NCBI GenBank assembly: GCA_003663295.1
Contig: QMZS01000002.1
Span: 1-37,361, forward strand
Length of the DNA: 37,361 bases
Direction of reading: 5' to 3'
Source of the DNA: Candidatus Aenigmatarchaeota archaeon
Lineage (GTDB): Archaea > Aenigmatarchaeota > Aenigmatarchaeia > QMZS01
Position 1 is the first letter of the stretch. Every line of letters begins with the position of its first letter. The position numbers were made by a program, and so were the translations under genes. This document shows positions 1-8,740 of the stretch, piece by piece. Below the pieces are notes generated by a model, which was given only the letters and a program-made list of their open reading frames with translations, did not search any database and was not told the DNA's origin.

Positions 1-2324
1 CATAATAATTCCCCCTTTGTTGGCGCAGTTGAGTCTGTGTGTCCTGTGTTGTTTAAGTTGTGCTGGAACATTGACCAGGTGTCGTTGTAGCCGTCTACTT
101 GATACCACATATCTGAGGTTTCTATAGATGTTGCATTTAGCAGTGGTGTGTTGTCATTTGTGTAAGTGTTGTTTTTTGGGAGGTTTATTGTTGCTATTGG
201 GGTTGTTGTATCTATTACGAATTTATAAATCTCGGAGGTGTTCGCTAAAATACTGTCGTTGCAGGTGACTTTCCAGTAATATATTGTTTCGTTCAGGTTT
301 GTCCAGTTGAAAGTATATAATGTTCCGTTCTGGCAGTTTGTTGTTGTGTTTATCAGGGTGGTTGGGTTGATTGTGTTGTCTGCGTAGATGTAGGCTGTCA
401 TGTTATCTCCATCAGGGTCTGTGCAAGTCCAGTTTAATAAAATATAATTTGTGTTTATGTAAGAATTGTTGTCCGGGGAGTTTAGGGTTGATTTGTTTGG
501 GGGATTATTTCCATCTCCTGAGTATTCCCAGATTGTTAAATTGTGTTCAGAACCCAAAATTAATGTAAAGTTCAATTCACCGCTGATTTGGGTGAAACTG
601 CAGTTTGAGTTATTGCAATTATTCCCATCATAGATTGCAGTGTAATTAATTGATGTGTTTGGCATCTGCACTGTCAGATTTGTGGAACCTGTACCCCCAA
701 GGTATATAGTTGCATTGTTCAAATTGGTATGCGGTGAAGTTGCTGACAATATAATTACATCTGCATTTGACATTGATTTTATTTCAGGGGTTATTGTATA
801 ATCATAAGTTATATTTACATAAGATGGGTGTGTGGAATTTGTTTTCCAGAAGGGGTCTCCAGTATTGCCAGTAATTCCTTCTGTTAATTTTAAAGCGAAC
901 CAATACCAACTCATTGCATAATCCATTGTCCAATTCAAATCAGTAAAATTCAGATTAATCCAGGAATAGTTTGTGGCTTCCGCAACAGTCTGATTATAAT
1001 CTACAATTTTATTATATGAAAGATATTTTTGAACACCTATATAAGAATCTGTGCGTCCTACTTCATACCAGACAGAAATATTTATATCTTTGATTAGGTT
1101 TGGAGTAAAAACCAATAAATTATCCGGGGATGCCTGAATCCATTCTAAACAAGTCCAGTTTTCTTCTGTTGCAGGCGGTGTTGAAATCAATGATTTCGCA
1201 TCACTGTAAACTGGCTGACCATGAACAGGCTCAATACCCCTAAAATAATAATCTGCTTTTCCTGTTGTTGCATTAACAAGAAATGCATAGCTTCTCTTAA
1301 CGGTATTGTTTTTATTATCTGTTATATTTACCAACAAAGAATAAAGACCTGATCTTGTTACTGTAAAATTTCCTGTAATATTGTTTCCAATTGCTGAAAT
1401 GTTTACTATTTCTGCTGGTCTTGTAGAAATATCTGATGTGAAATTACTGCATTTAGTTCCGTTTAGATAATAAACAGAAATATTAAATTTAACCAAATCA
1501 TCCATATTTACAATCTGCGTGTTTACTGAAACATTAATCATTTTGTTTTGAAGATTGTGAAGATATTTATTGGATATATGTGTCTGATTATCACCTCCAT
1601 CGTAAATGTCATTAAGATTATCCGAGATTATATTGCTTGTTAATGTGTTGTTGTAAGCTGAACTTGTGAGATAACCACCATTCCTATTAGAGTATATAAT
1701 ATTATTGGTTAAATTATTGTAAGCTGAAGTGGTTAGATAAACACCATAATACCAGCTGGTGTTTACAGTATTATCTCTGATATTATTGCTCTCAGAATGA
1801 TCCGCATAAATACCGTACCTGTTGTTGTACAACTTATTATCAGTTACTTTATTGTTGTCAAAATAAGAAAATTTTAAACCATATCTATTGTTATTCACAA
1901 TATTTCCTGTAATATTGTTGTTATCACTTAAAACAGCATAAAAACCATTTGTATTTGAATTTAATATATTGTCAACAAAAGTTATATTATTTGAATACGC
2001 TGCGTAAAGACTATAACCCCAGTCAGTTAAAGTGCAGTTTTTTATTGTTATATCTACGTTTATCTGAGGATTCCGGTAGATATAGATTCCATGCGCTGAG
2101 CCTGTATCAATCCCGTCTATTGTATTTCCCTGGCAGTCAAGTGTGATATTATTTATAGAAATATTCATACAATAAGATAATCCTGAATTTGAAATAGAAT
2201 TATTTAAATAATAAATTTCTCCAGAAACATTTAAATCTGCGCATGAAGATATATTTATCTCAGCGAATGAAACCTGAATAAACAACACAAAAATCAGGCA
2301 TGGAATTAAAAAAATTCGTTTCAT
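1..2324 (-). CDS. Secreted surface protein with right-handed parallel beta-helix (PbH1/NosD-like) repeats; N-terminus complete, C-terminus runs off the window
   Basis: Absent from the ORF track because it is edge-truncated. I read every codon of this minus frame from ATG (2324-2322) down to position 3 and found no stop; the upstream in-frame stop is at 2330-2328. N-terminus MKRIFLIPCLIFVLFIQVSFA is signal-peptide like. It is followed by ~22-aa repeats (e.g. NNITGNIVNNNRYGLKFSYFDNNKVTDNKLYNNRYGIYADHSESNNIRDNTV) typical of beta-helix/NosD-type repeats. N-x-S/T sequons are very dense. Confidence 0.8.
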   Translation of the reverse strand, partial: MKRIFLIPCLIFVLFIQVSFAEINISSCADLNVSGEIYYLNNSISNSGLSYCMNISINNITLDCQGNTIDGIDTGSAHGIYIYRNPQINVDITIKNCTLTDWGYSLYAAYSNNITFVDNILNSNTNGFYAVLSDNNNITGNIVNNNRYGLKFSYFDNNKVTDNKLYNNRYGIYADHSESNNIRDNTVNTSWYYGVYLTTSAYNNLTNNIIYSNRNGGYLTSSAYNNTLTSNIISDNLNDIYDGGDNQTHISNKYLHNLQNKMINVSVNTQIVNMDDLVKFNISVYYLNGTKCSNFTSDISTRPAEIVNISAIGNNITGNFTVTRSGLYSLLVNITDNKNNTVKRSYAFLVNATTGKADYYFRGIEPVHGQPVYSDAKSLISTPPATEENWTCLEWIQASPDNLLVFTPNLIKDINISVWYEVGRTDSYIGVQKYLSYNKIVDYNQTVAEATNYSWINLNFTDLNWTMDYAMSWYWFALKLTEGITGNTGDPFWKTNSTHPSYVNITYDYTITPEIKSMSNADVIILSATSPHTNLNNATIYLGGTGSTNLTVQMPNTSINYTAIYDGNNCNNSNCSFTQISGELNFTLILGSEHNLTIWEYSGDGNNPPNKSTLNSPDNNSYINTNYILLNWTCTDPDGDNMTAYIYADNTINPTTLINTTTNCQNGTLYTFNWTNLNETIYYWKVTCNDSILANTSEIYKFVIDTTTPIATINLPKNNTYTNDNTPLLNATSIETSDMWYQVDGYNDTWSMFQHNLNNTGHTDSTAPTKGELL

Positions 2325-2514
2325 AATTCAAACCATTTATCGCAAATCAAATCCGCAAAATAGAATAATTCACAATACATAATTAATAGGTCTTTTGTTA
2401 TTTACGGCTATAAACCTTGCTTAAATATAGAATGAAACCTCATCCAGATTATAAATAAACAAAAAAGAATTCTTTAAAAATCATTATCTAAAATTTAAGA
2501 AATAAGCTAATTAT

Positions 2515-2643
2515 GCGGGGGTAGCCAAGTGGTCAAAGGCGCAGGGCTTAGGACTCTGTCTGTTAGTCAGTTCGGGAGTTCGAATAACCTTTATTCATTT
2601 TATCTGTGATGGATTAAAGAGAACGAGTATCTCCCCTCCCGCA
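2515..2643 (+). tRNA. tRNA-Leu(UAG) with a ~45-nt intron inside the T-loop
   Basis: Acceptor GCGGGGG (2515-2521) pairs with CTCCCGC (2636-2642, one G-U); discriminator A at 2643. D-arm GCC/GGC. Anticodon stem CAGGG/CTCTG with loop CTTAGGA, anticodon TAG (2549-2551). Long variable arm TCTGTTAGTCAGTTC (class II). T-stem GGGAG (2574-2578) plus TTCGAAT; its partner CTCCC occurs only at 2631-2635, so ~2586-2630 must be spliced out. No encoded CCA. Confidence 0.8.
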
Positions 2644-2695
2644 CACCTAAAATTAACCAGCAGATGACTTAAATTATTTTATTTGTAAAGTGTTT

Positions 2696-3184
2696 ATGAC
2701 AGAAAACAAAATGAAGGAAATTAAAATTGAGAAAATCGTGCTTAATATAGGCACAGGAGAGCCAGGAGAGAAACTGGAGCACGCAAAAACAATTCTTGAG
2801 AGAATAACCAATAAAAAGCCGGTTTACTGCAAAACCAAGAAAAGAAGCACTTTTGGTGTTGCAAAAGGCAGAGATATAGGTGTTGTTGTGACAATTAGAG
2901 GTAAAGAAACAAAAGAGTTCCTGACAAGGTTTTTTAAGGCAAAAGAAGGAAAATTGAATAAAAGATGCTTTTCAGGAAGAACATTTTCATTTGGAATCTC
3001 TGAATATATTGAAATACCTGGAACAGAATATGACCCTAAAATAGGAATTTTCGGGCTTGATGTGTGCGTAACCTTAAAAAGAGCTGGGGGATTCACAGGC
3101 AATAAAATAGGTAAAAAACACATGATTTCCTCTGAAGAATCTGTTAATTTTATAAAGGATAATTTTGAGATTGAAATTGTTTAA
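2696..3184 (+). CDS. rpl5: 50S ribosomal protein uL5 (L5P)
   Basis: KEIKIEKIVLNIGTGEPGEKLEHAKTILERIT...FGVAKGRDIGVVVTIRG...FSFGISEYIEIPG matches the archaeal L5 pattern. The track ORF starts at GTG 2690; ATG at 2696 is preferred. Confidence 0.9.
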   Translation: MTENKMKEIKIEKIVLNIGTGEPGEKLEHAKTILERITNKKPVYCKTKKRSTFGVAKGRDIGVVVTIRGKETKEFLTRFFKAKEGKLNKRCFSGRTFSFGISEYIEIPGTEYDPKIGIFGLDVCVTLKRAGGFTGNKIGKKHMISSEESVNFIKDNFEIEIV

Positions 3185-3227
3185 TTATTAACCGCAAAAT
3201 CACTCTAATTATTTAGGTAAACTAATT

Positions 3228-4322
3228 ATGCTCCTGAAAAGACAAAAATCCGAAATTAATTTAAATCCAATCCAAAGAGGTGGGATTCTGACAAAAGAAG
3301 GCAGAGAAGCTCTCATAGAATTCGGAGATGGCTATGCAACTTATGACCTAAGTCCTGGGCTAGAAATAGAAGATATGCCCATAATCAAAAATTTCATTGA
3401 AAAAGAATTGCCTGAATTTCTTGAATCTGATATCGCAAAATTTACTCTTGGGGCAAGAGAAGGAATATTTAATGTTATGCACTGCATCACAAAACCCGGG
3501 GACACAATAATTGTTGACGGGAATCGGCACTATTCCACAATCACCGCAGCGGAGAGATGCAAGTTAAATATTGTTGAGGTTAAAAATTCAGGGAAACCAG
3601 AATACAAAATAAATATTGAGGATTATGAAAACCTGATTAAAAAACACAAACCATCGATGATTTTACTTACCTATCCTGATGGAAATTATGGCAATATTCC
3701 GGATGCAAAAAAACTCGGAACAATTGCAAAAAAATATGAAGTTCCTTATTTAATTAATGGGGCTTATTCTGTTGGACGGATGCCAATATCAATGAAAAAA
3801 CTCGGGGCTGATTTTATAATTGGTTCATGCCACAAATCAATGGCTTCTTCAGGACCCTTGGGTATTTTAGGAGCAAATAAAAAATGGGAAAAAATACTTT
3901 TTAAAAAATCAGAATTGGTAAATAAACAAATTGAATTTATTGGTTCTGAATCCAGAGGAACTGCGGTAGCAACATTAATTGCTTCATTCCCAAAAGTAAA
4001 AAAAAGAATTGAAAACTGGGATGAAGAAGTCGAAAAAGCAAAATATTTTTCATCTGAAATAGAAAAACTTGGGATAATGCAACTCGGAGAAAAACCTCAT
4101 AACCATGATTTGCTTTTTTTTGAAGCTCCTGTTTTATATGAAATTTCGCAGAAACATAAAAAGAGAGGTTACTTCCTGCATCAGGAACTTAAGAAAAGAG
4201 GCATTTCAGGAATAAAGGCGGGGCTTACAAAAAACTTTAAAATATCCACATATCAACTCACAAAAAAAGAGCTTGATAAAGTTGTGTCTGCTTTTAAAGA
4301 AATTATTGATGAAAATTTATAG
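3228..4322 (+). CDS. SepCysS-like PLP-dependent enzyme (O-phosphoseryl-tRNA:Cys-tRNA synthase family) lacking the conserved catalytic cysteines
   Basis: Family resemblance runs along the full length: INLNPIQRGGILTKEGREALIEFGDGY, TYPDGNYGNIPD, VPYLINGAYSVGRMP, PLP-lysine motif GSCHKSMASSGP, WDEEVEKAKYF, PHNHDLLFFEAPVLYEIS. There is no Cys where the family normally has three (see finding). Confidence 0.7.
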   Translation: MLLKRQKSEINLNPIQRGGILTKEGREALIEFGDGYATYDLSPGLEIEDMPIIKNFIEKELPEFLESDIAKFTLGAREGIFNVMHCITKPGDTIIVDGNRHYSTITAAERCKLNIVEVKNSGKPEYKINIEDYENLIKKHKPSMILLTYPDGNYGNIPDAKKLGTIAKKYEVPYLINGAYSVGRMPISMKKLGADFIIGSCHKSMASSGPLGILGANKKWEKILFKKSELVNKQIEFIGSESRGTAVATLIASFPKVKKRIENWDEEVEKAKYFSSEIEKLGIMQLGEKPHNHDLLFFEAPVLYEISQKHKKRGYFLHQELKKRGISGIKAGLTKNFKISTYQLTKKELDKVVSAFKEIIDENL

Positions 4323-4415
4323 ATATTGAATTTCACCCACCAAAAATAATTTGATTGTCCGATAACAACAAATAAATTAAAAACGTGCTAATTATCTAAT
4401 TAATCAAGATAAATT

Positions 4416-6659
4416 ATGCCAAAGACATATACATTTAAAAATGATGTGCTTAAAATAGATTGCATGAATTGCATCTATGGTTCATCCGTGGAAGACTTCC
4501 CAGAATGTATGAGTGAAGTTATAAATGACTTAATGTCTGTAAAAAACGCAAAATCAACAATTCTTGCAAAAGAAAGAGAATATGAATATGGTTTTGAACA
4601 AACTCGAATGCTGCTGGAAATTGCGAAACTCATAGAGAAAATAACGGTAAATAAATGGTTCTCATATAAAAATTTGGTTACAGAAAAATGCGACAGGTGT
4701 GTATCTTATAGAACTGATTTTTTAAACAATCTAATATCACAGAAATTAAGAACTGATCCAATTGGGGCTTATGTAATGTTAATCCGAAGAATCAGGCACA
4801 CAAAAGTGCTTACTGAAAGAACAAAAGGAATATGCCAAGGATGTTATAATCATTATCTAAAAAAAACACTCGGCCCTTTAAAAAAAAGACTTGAAGAAAC
4901 AACACTTATTAAAAAATCCCTGGACTTTTTGCCGGGCTATAAAATTGGAGATAGATCAATATACCGTCAAATTTTTATTCCTTCAGTCAGACCTAATTTT
5001 ACTTACACAAAATATCTGGCAACCCCACCAGACAAAGCCGAAATGGTCGACAGTTATCAGGTTAATGATGCAAAAGTTGAAATTTATAAAGTGCCCGGTG
5101 AAGTCAGAAGGCTGTATCAATTAATTCCTCTCGAATTCGGACTTGAAGAAAGAGAATATGAATTGCTGGATCGAGCAAAAAGATATATGGCGAGCCACAG
5201 ACCTCTTGAAAAAGAAGAATTTGCATCCTCGGAAGTGAGAAAAAATTTCTATAATATTGGTCTGGATATGCTCAGGGATTTGGCGGGTTCCGCAAATATT
5301 TCAGAAGATAGATTAAAAATTATTGCATCCATCCTTGTAAGATATACCGCCGGAATAGGTATTCTTGAGATAATATTATCGGATGATCATGTCCAGGATG
5401 TGTTTGTTAATTCTCCGCCAGGCACCTCCCCGATTTACCTCATCCACAGCAATTATGGTGAATGTTCAACAAATATAGTCCAGACAAAAGAAGATGCGGA
5501 ATTGCTTGCAACAAGACTTAGATTAAGTTCTGGAAGACCTCTTGACGAAGCCAACCCAGTCCTTGATGCTGAAGCAGATGTTCCTGGGGGAAGGGCAAGG
5601 GTTTGTGCCATCATGGAAACTTTATCTCCCGGCGGTCTTGGTTTCGCTCTTAGAAGACACAGAGAAAGACCCTGGACATTCCCTCTTTTCATTTCACAAC
5701 ATATGTTTAATCCTCTTGCCGGAGGATTGTTATGGTTTATCATCGATGGAGGTAGATCAATGCTTATTGGAGGGACCAGAAGTTCTGGAAAATCCTCCTT
5801 GCTTGGGTCAATAATATCACAAATAATGAAAAATAAAAGAATTATTTCAGTTGAAGATACTCTTGAACTTCCTCTAACAAAATTCAGGGAACTTGGATTT
5901 AATGTAACAAGACTAAAATCAAGGTCGGTTATCACAATGGTTGAAACCGAACTTCCAACAGAAGAAGCATTAAGAGTTTCATTAAGGCTTGGAGATTCCT
6001 GTTTGATAATTGGTGAAGTGAGAAGCACAGAAGCATTGGCTCTTTACGAAGCCATGCGTATTGGGGCTATGGCAAATGTTGTTGCAGGAACAATCCACGG
6101 TGACAGCGCCTACGGTTTATTTGACAGGGTTGTGAATGACCTTAATGTTCCGCCAACCAGTTTCAAAGCAACCGACCTTGTAGTGATTAACAATACTCTA
6201 AAAAGCGCTGATGGTTTGCATTCATTTAGAAGAACAATTGAATTCACAGAAATTAGAAAACACTGGAAAAAAGATCCTTCAGAAGAAAAAGGTTTTGTTG
6301 ATTTAATGACTTACAACGCAAAAAAAGATGAACTGGAACCGAGTTCAACTCTGCTCGCGGGTGAAAGCGAAATATTGAATTCCATCGCAAGAAATGTTAA
6401 AGAATGGAAAGGTAATTGGGATGCGGTATGGAACAATATTAATCTGAGAGCAAAAATTCTGGAAACAATTGTGAAACTTTCCCAGGAAGCAAAAAATCCC
6501 GAACTTCTTGAAGCCACCACAATAGTGCAATCAAACTCGCAATTCCATATACTTTCAGAAGATGTGAGGGAAGAAGTAGGATTTATGGACACAGAAGAAA
6601 TTTACAAAAGATGGCTTGTATGGTTTAAACAACACATAAAAGAACTGACAGAAGCTTAA
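4416..6659 (+). CDS. Type IV pilus/archaellum-type secretion ATPase (PilB/ArlI/VirB11 superfamily) with a long N-terminal extension
   Basis: Walker A GGTRSSGKSSLLGSI, Walker B/Asp box SCLIIGEVRSTEA, His box AGTIHGDSA. The N-terminal ~330 aa carries three CxxC pairs (CMNC, CDRC, CQGC). Confidence 0.8.
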   Translation: MPKTYTFKNDVLKIDCMNCIYGSSVEDFPECMSEVINDLMSVKNAKSTILAKEREYEYGFEQTRMLLEIAKLIEKITVNKWFSYKNLVTEKCDRCVSYRTDFLNNLISQKLRTDPIGAYVMLIRRIRHTKVLTERTKGICQGCYNHYLKKTLGPLKKRLEETTLIKKSLDFLPGYKIGDRSIYRQIFIPSVRPNFTYTKYLATPPDKAEMVDSYQVNDAKVEIYKVPGEVRRLYQLIPLEFGLEEREYELLDRAKRYMASHRPLEKEEFASSEVRKNFYNIGLDMLRDLAGSANISEDRLKIIASILVRYTAGIGILEIILSDDHVQDVFVNSPPGTSPIYLIHSNYGECSTNIVQTKEDAELLATRLRLSSGRPLDEANPVLDAEADVPGGRARVCAIMETLSPGGLGFALRRHRERPWTFPLFISQHMFNPLAGGLLWFIIDGGRSMLIGGTRSSGKSSLLGSIISQIMKNKRIISVEDTLELPLTKFRELGFNVTRLKSRSVITMVETELPTEEALRVSLRLGDSCLIIGEVRSTEALALYEAMRIGAMANVVAGTIHGDSAYGLFDRVVNDLNVPPTSFKATDLVVINNTLKSADGLHSFRRTIEFTEIRKHWKKDPSEEKGFVDLMTYNAKKDELEPSSTLLAGESEILNSIARNVKEWKGNWDAVWNNINLRAKILETIVKLSQEAKNPELLEATTIVQSNSQFHILSEDVREEVGFMDTEEIYKRWLVWFKQHIKELTEA

Positions 6660-6660
6660 T

Positions 6661-7525
6661 TTATAACTTAACTTTTGCGGTATAAATACTATTTATGTTG
6701 CCAATAATATAGTTTCCAAAAGTTGTGAAGTGGTTCGGGGATTCTTTTAATGATGTTTTTTCTTCCGCCAACTGCGAAGATTCCAGCAATATATCATAGG
6801 TTTGATTACAAACGAAAACAAAACCATTGCGGGAATCCCAATATTTGTCTAGGTCTTTGATTTCTAGTTCCTGTGCAGGGTATTTGCGGAATGCATTGAA
6901 TCATATGGAAATAACTAGGTTTCAAGGCTCAAATCAAACAGGATTATTTTTGTTGGCGGGAAGAGAATGAATGTGTACGAATTTAAGAAAACAATACTCA
7001 AAGAAAAATTCAAAGAAATTGAAGTCGGGGATAAAACCTATTGGACATTCACAAAGGTTGTTGACTTAAGCAAACTGAATAAACTCCGTTTGGTTATTTC
7101 TTATGACCACAAAAAGTTGGAATGAAATCCAGTATATTTAATTACAAATTGCAATTACTGGAATGCAAAGAGGGTTGTTTATTGTTATTCACTGCGTTTT
7201 TCAATAGAGGCTTTTTATAAAGATACGAAACAGAATCTGAGTTTGGGGTGTTGTCAACTGAGGTCGCTTGAAGGAACCAAGAGATACTGGTCTCTTGTGA
7301 ACTCGGCTTATTCTCTTCTGAAAATGGATATCTGCAAGAGTAAAGTTCATAAGAGTTTGGAATCTGATATGGCTATCGGAACGCAATGTAAAGAAACGAG
7401 TAAAGATCTTCTCAAATCCCTTGTGTTGTGGATGTATAGGAATGCGTCAAAGAATATGGGTGTGAATCGGATATTATGGGTATTATTGGGGTGAGGGTTT
7501 AAATACCGCAAAAGTTAAATTATAA
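6661..7525. mobile_element. Degenerate IS4-like insertion sequence remnant (865 bp) with intact terminal inverted repeats
   Basis: Left end TTATAACTTAACTTTTGCGGTAT (6661-6683). The reverse complement of the right end (7503-7525) is TTATAATTTAACTTTTGCGGTAT, a 22/23 match. The interior holds only broken transposase fragments. Confidence 0.7.
6967..7494 (+). pseudogene. DDE transposase C-terminal remnant (IS4-family Y-2-R-3-E-6-K signature), interrupted by an in-frame TGA
   Basis: Reads MNVYEFKK...KLRLVISYDHKKLE, then TGA (7123-7125), then NPVYLITNCNYWNAKRVVYCYSLRFSIEAFYKDTKQNLSLGCCQLRSLEGTKRYWSLVNSAYSLL. YSLRFSIEAFYKDTK fits YREK spacing exactly. The N-terminal catalytic part survives only as frame-broken scraps at 6720-6966. 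Confidence 0.65.
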
Positions 7526-7533
7526 GTACTATT

Positions 7534-7857
7534 ATGGCAATTAAATTCAAAGACTTTGAAAAACTTGAGATAAAAATAGGGGAAATTTTGTCAGCGGAAA
7601 AAGTAGAAGATTCCGATAAACTGCTTAAACTTGAAGTAAATCTTGGTGATGAAAAAAGACAGATTGTGGCCGGAATCGCTGAAAGTTTTGAACCTGAAAA
7701 TCTAATTGGAAAAGAAATTCCAATTATTGCGAATCTTGAACCTCGAAAAATCCGGGGTGTTGAAAGTCAGGGAATGATTCTTGTAGTTGACGCAAAAGAT
7801 AAAATGGTTCTATTAAATCCTGAAGAAGAAGTTCCTCCAGGGAGCGTTGTTGGATAA
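7534..7857 (+). CDS. tRNA-binding domain protein (Trbp111/CsaA-like OB fold)
   Basis: DFEKLEIKIGEILSAEKVEDSDKLLKLEVNLGDEKRQIVAGIA...LEPRKIRGVESQGMIL is the typical MetRS-C/EMAP-like tRNA-binding domain pattern. Confidence 0.8.
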   Translation: MAIKFKDFEKLEIKIGEILSAEKVEDSDKLLKLEVNLGDEKRQIVAGIAESFEPENLIGKEIPIIANLEPRKIRGVESQGMILVVDAKDKMVLLNPEEEVPPGSVVG

Positions 7858-7885
7858 TATCCATATATAAATATCTTACAATCTA

Positions 7886-8539
7886 TTGATAAACAATCTA
7901 ATTATAAAAATATCTGAAATTCCATTTTACAAAAGTCCTGATGAATATCATGCGGGGAGGCATCACTTCGCACTGCGCTTAAGTATTTCTTTCTGGATAA
8001 AAAATTCTCCTATCGATAACTGGATAAATTTACTGAACATAATTACGGAAGTTTTAGCCCCCTTATTGCAAAAATATTGCATGATTTCGGATTAAAAGTA
8101 ATTCTATATAAAAAGATTGTTCCTGAAAAAACATTAATGGAAAAATATGCCTGATTGGAAAATAGCATCTTTTTTGATGAAGATAAAAAACATGATGCAA
8201 AATCTATTACTCCTTACTTGAAATATTGTGTTGGTTTTCTCACAAAAAAAGTAGGCTCATATATCAAAATCTTTCAATTAAGAAAATTCAACAATTTTTA
8301 GATGAAGGAGTTCTCTTGATTACTTATCTCAACTATTTCAAAATTTATCCCAAAGAAAAAAAGAACCTCCTTCAGGACATGTGGTTGTATTAACAGGACC
8401 TGATAAGACCCATATTTATATTCATGAAAATAATCCCTTGCATGCAGAACCAAATAAAAAAATAACAAATAATTTATTTCTTAAAAGTTGGTGTGATGAC
8501 AAAGAATTTTTTGAAAGTTTAATTGTTTGTAAATCTTAA
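7886..8539 (+). pseudogene. Frame-shifted remnant of a C39-like (papain-fold) cysteine peptidase
   Basis: The pieces sit in at least three different frames. They read IKISEIPFYKSPDEY / CGEASLRTALKYFFLDKKFS / GSFSPLIAKILHDFGLKVILYKKIVPEKTLMEKY / PPSGHVVVLTGPDKTHIYIHENNPLHAEPNKKITNNLFLKSWCDDKEFFESLIVCKS-stop. The catalytic-looking Cys (CGEASL) and His (GHVVVL) lie on separate frames. Confidence 0.5.
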
Positions 8540-8740
8540 AATAAAATTTGAGTATAAATATTTTCCAGGAAAAAATAAATTAAAAAGATGCTGGACAAAG
8601 CAAAAACCATCAATTTAATCGAGAATAAAATTGTTGAACTTGCTGTGAAGATAAAATTAATAGAATGTGATAATATAAAAAATAGCGGGAATTTCTTATG
8701 CACAGATTTATGGATTTTAATTGAATAAATATAATTTATT

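Noticed and set aside
371-2146. Plus-strand track ORFs 371-568 and 1949-2146
   Set aside because: Both lie antisense inside the verified stop-free minus-strand beta-helix gene (1-2324). They start at TTG or other weak starts and have Cys/Leu-rich nonsense composition.
7886-8095. 69-aa track ORF as a real gene
   Set aside because: It is one frame-piece of the broken C39-like peptidase. The conserved CGEASL segment is in a different frame within the same nucleotides.
8589-8729. 46-aa ORF MLDKAKTINLIENKIVELAVKIKLIECDNIKNSGNFLCTDLWILIE
   Set aside because: It has no motif, is too short, and lies at the edge of a decaying region. It cannot be supported from sequence alone.
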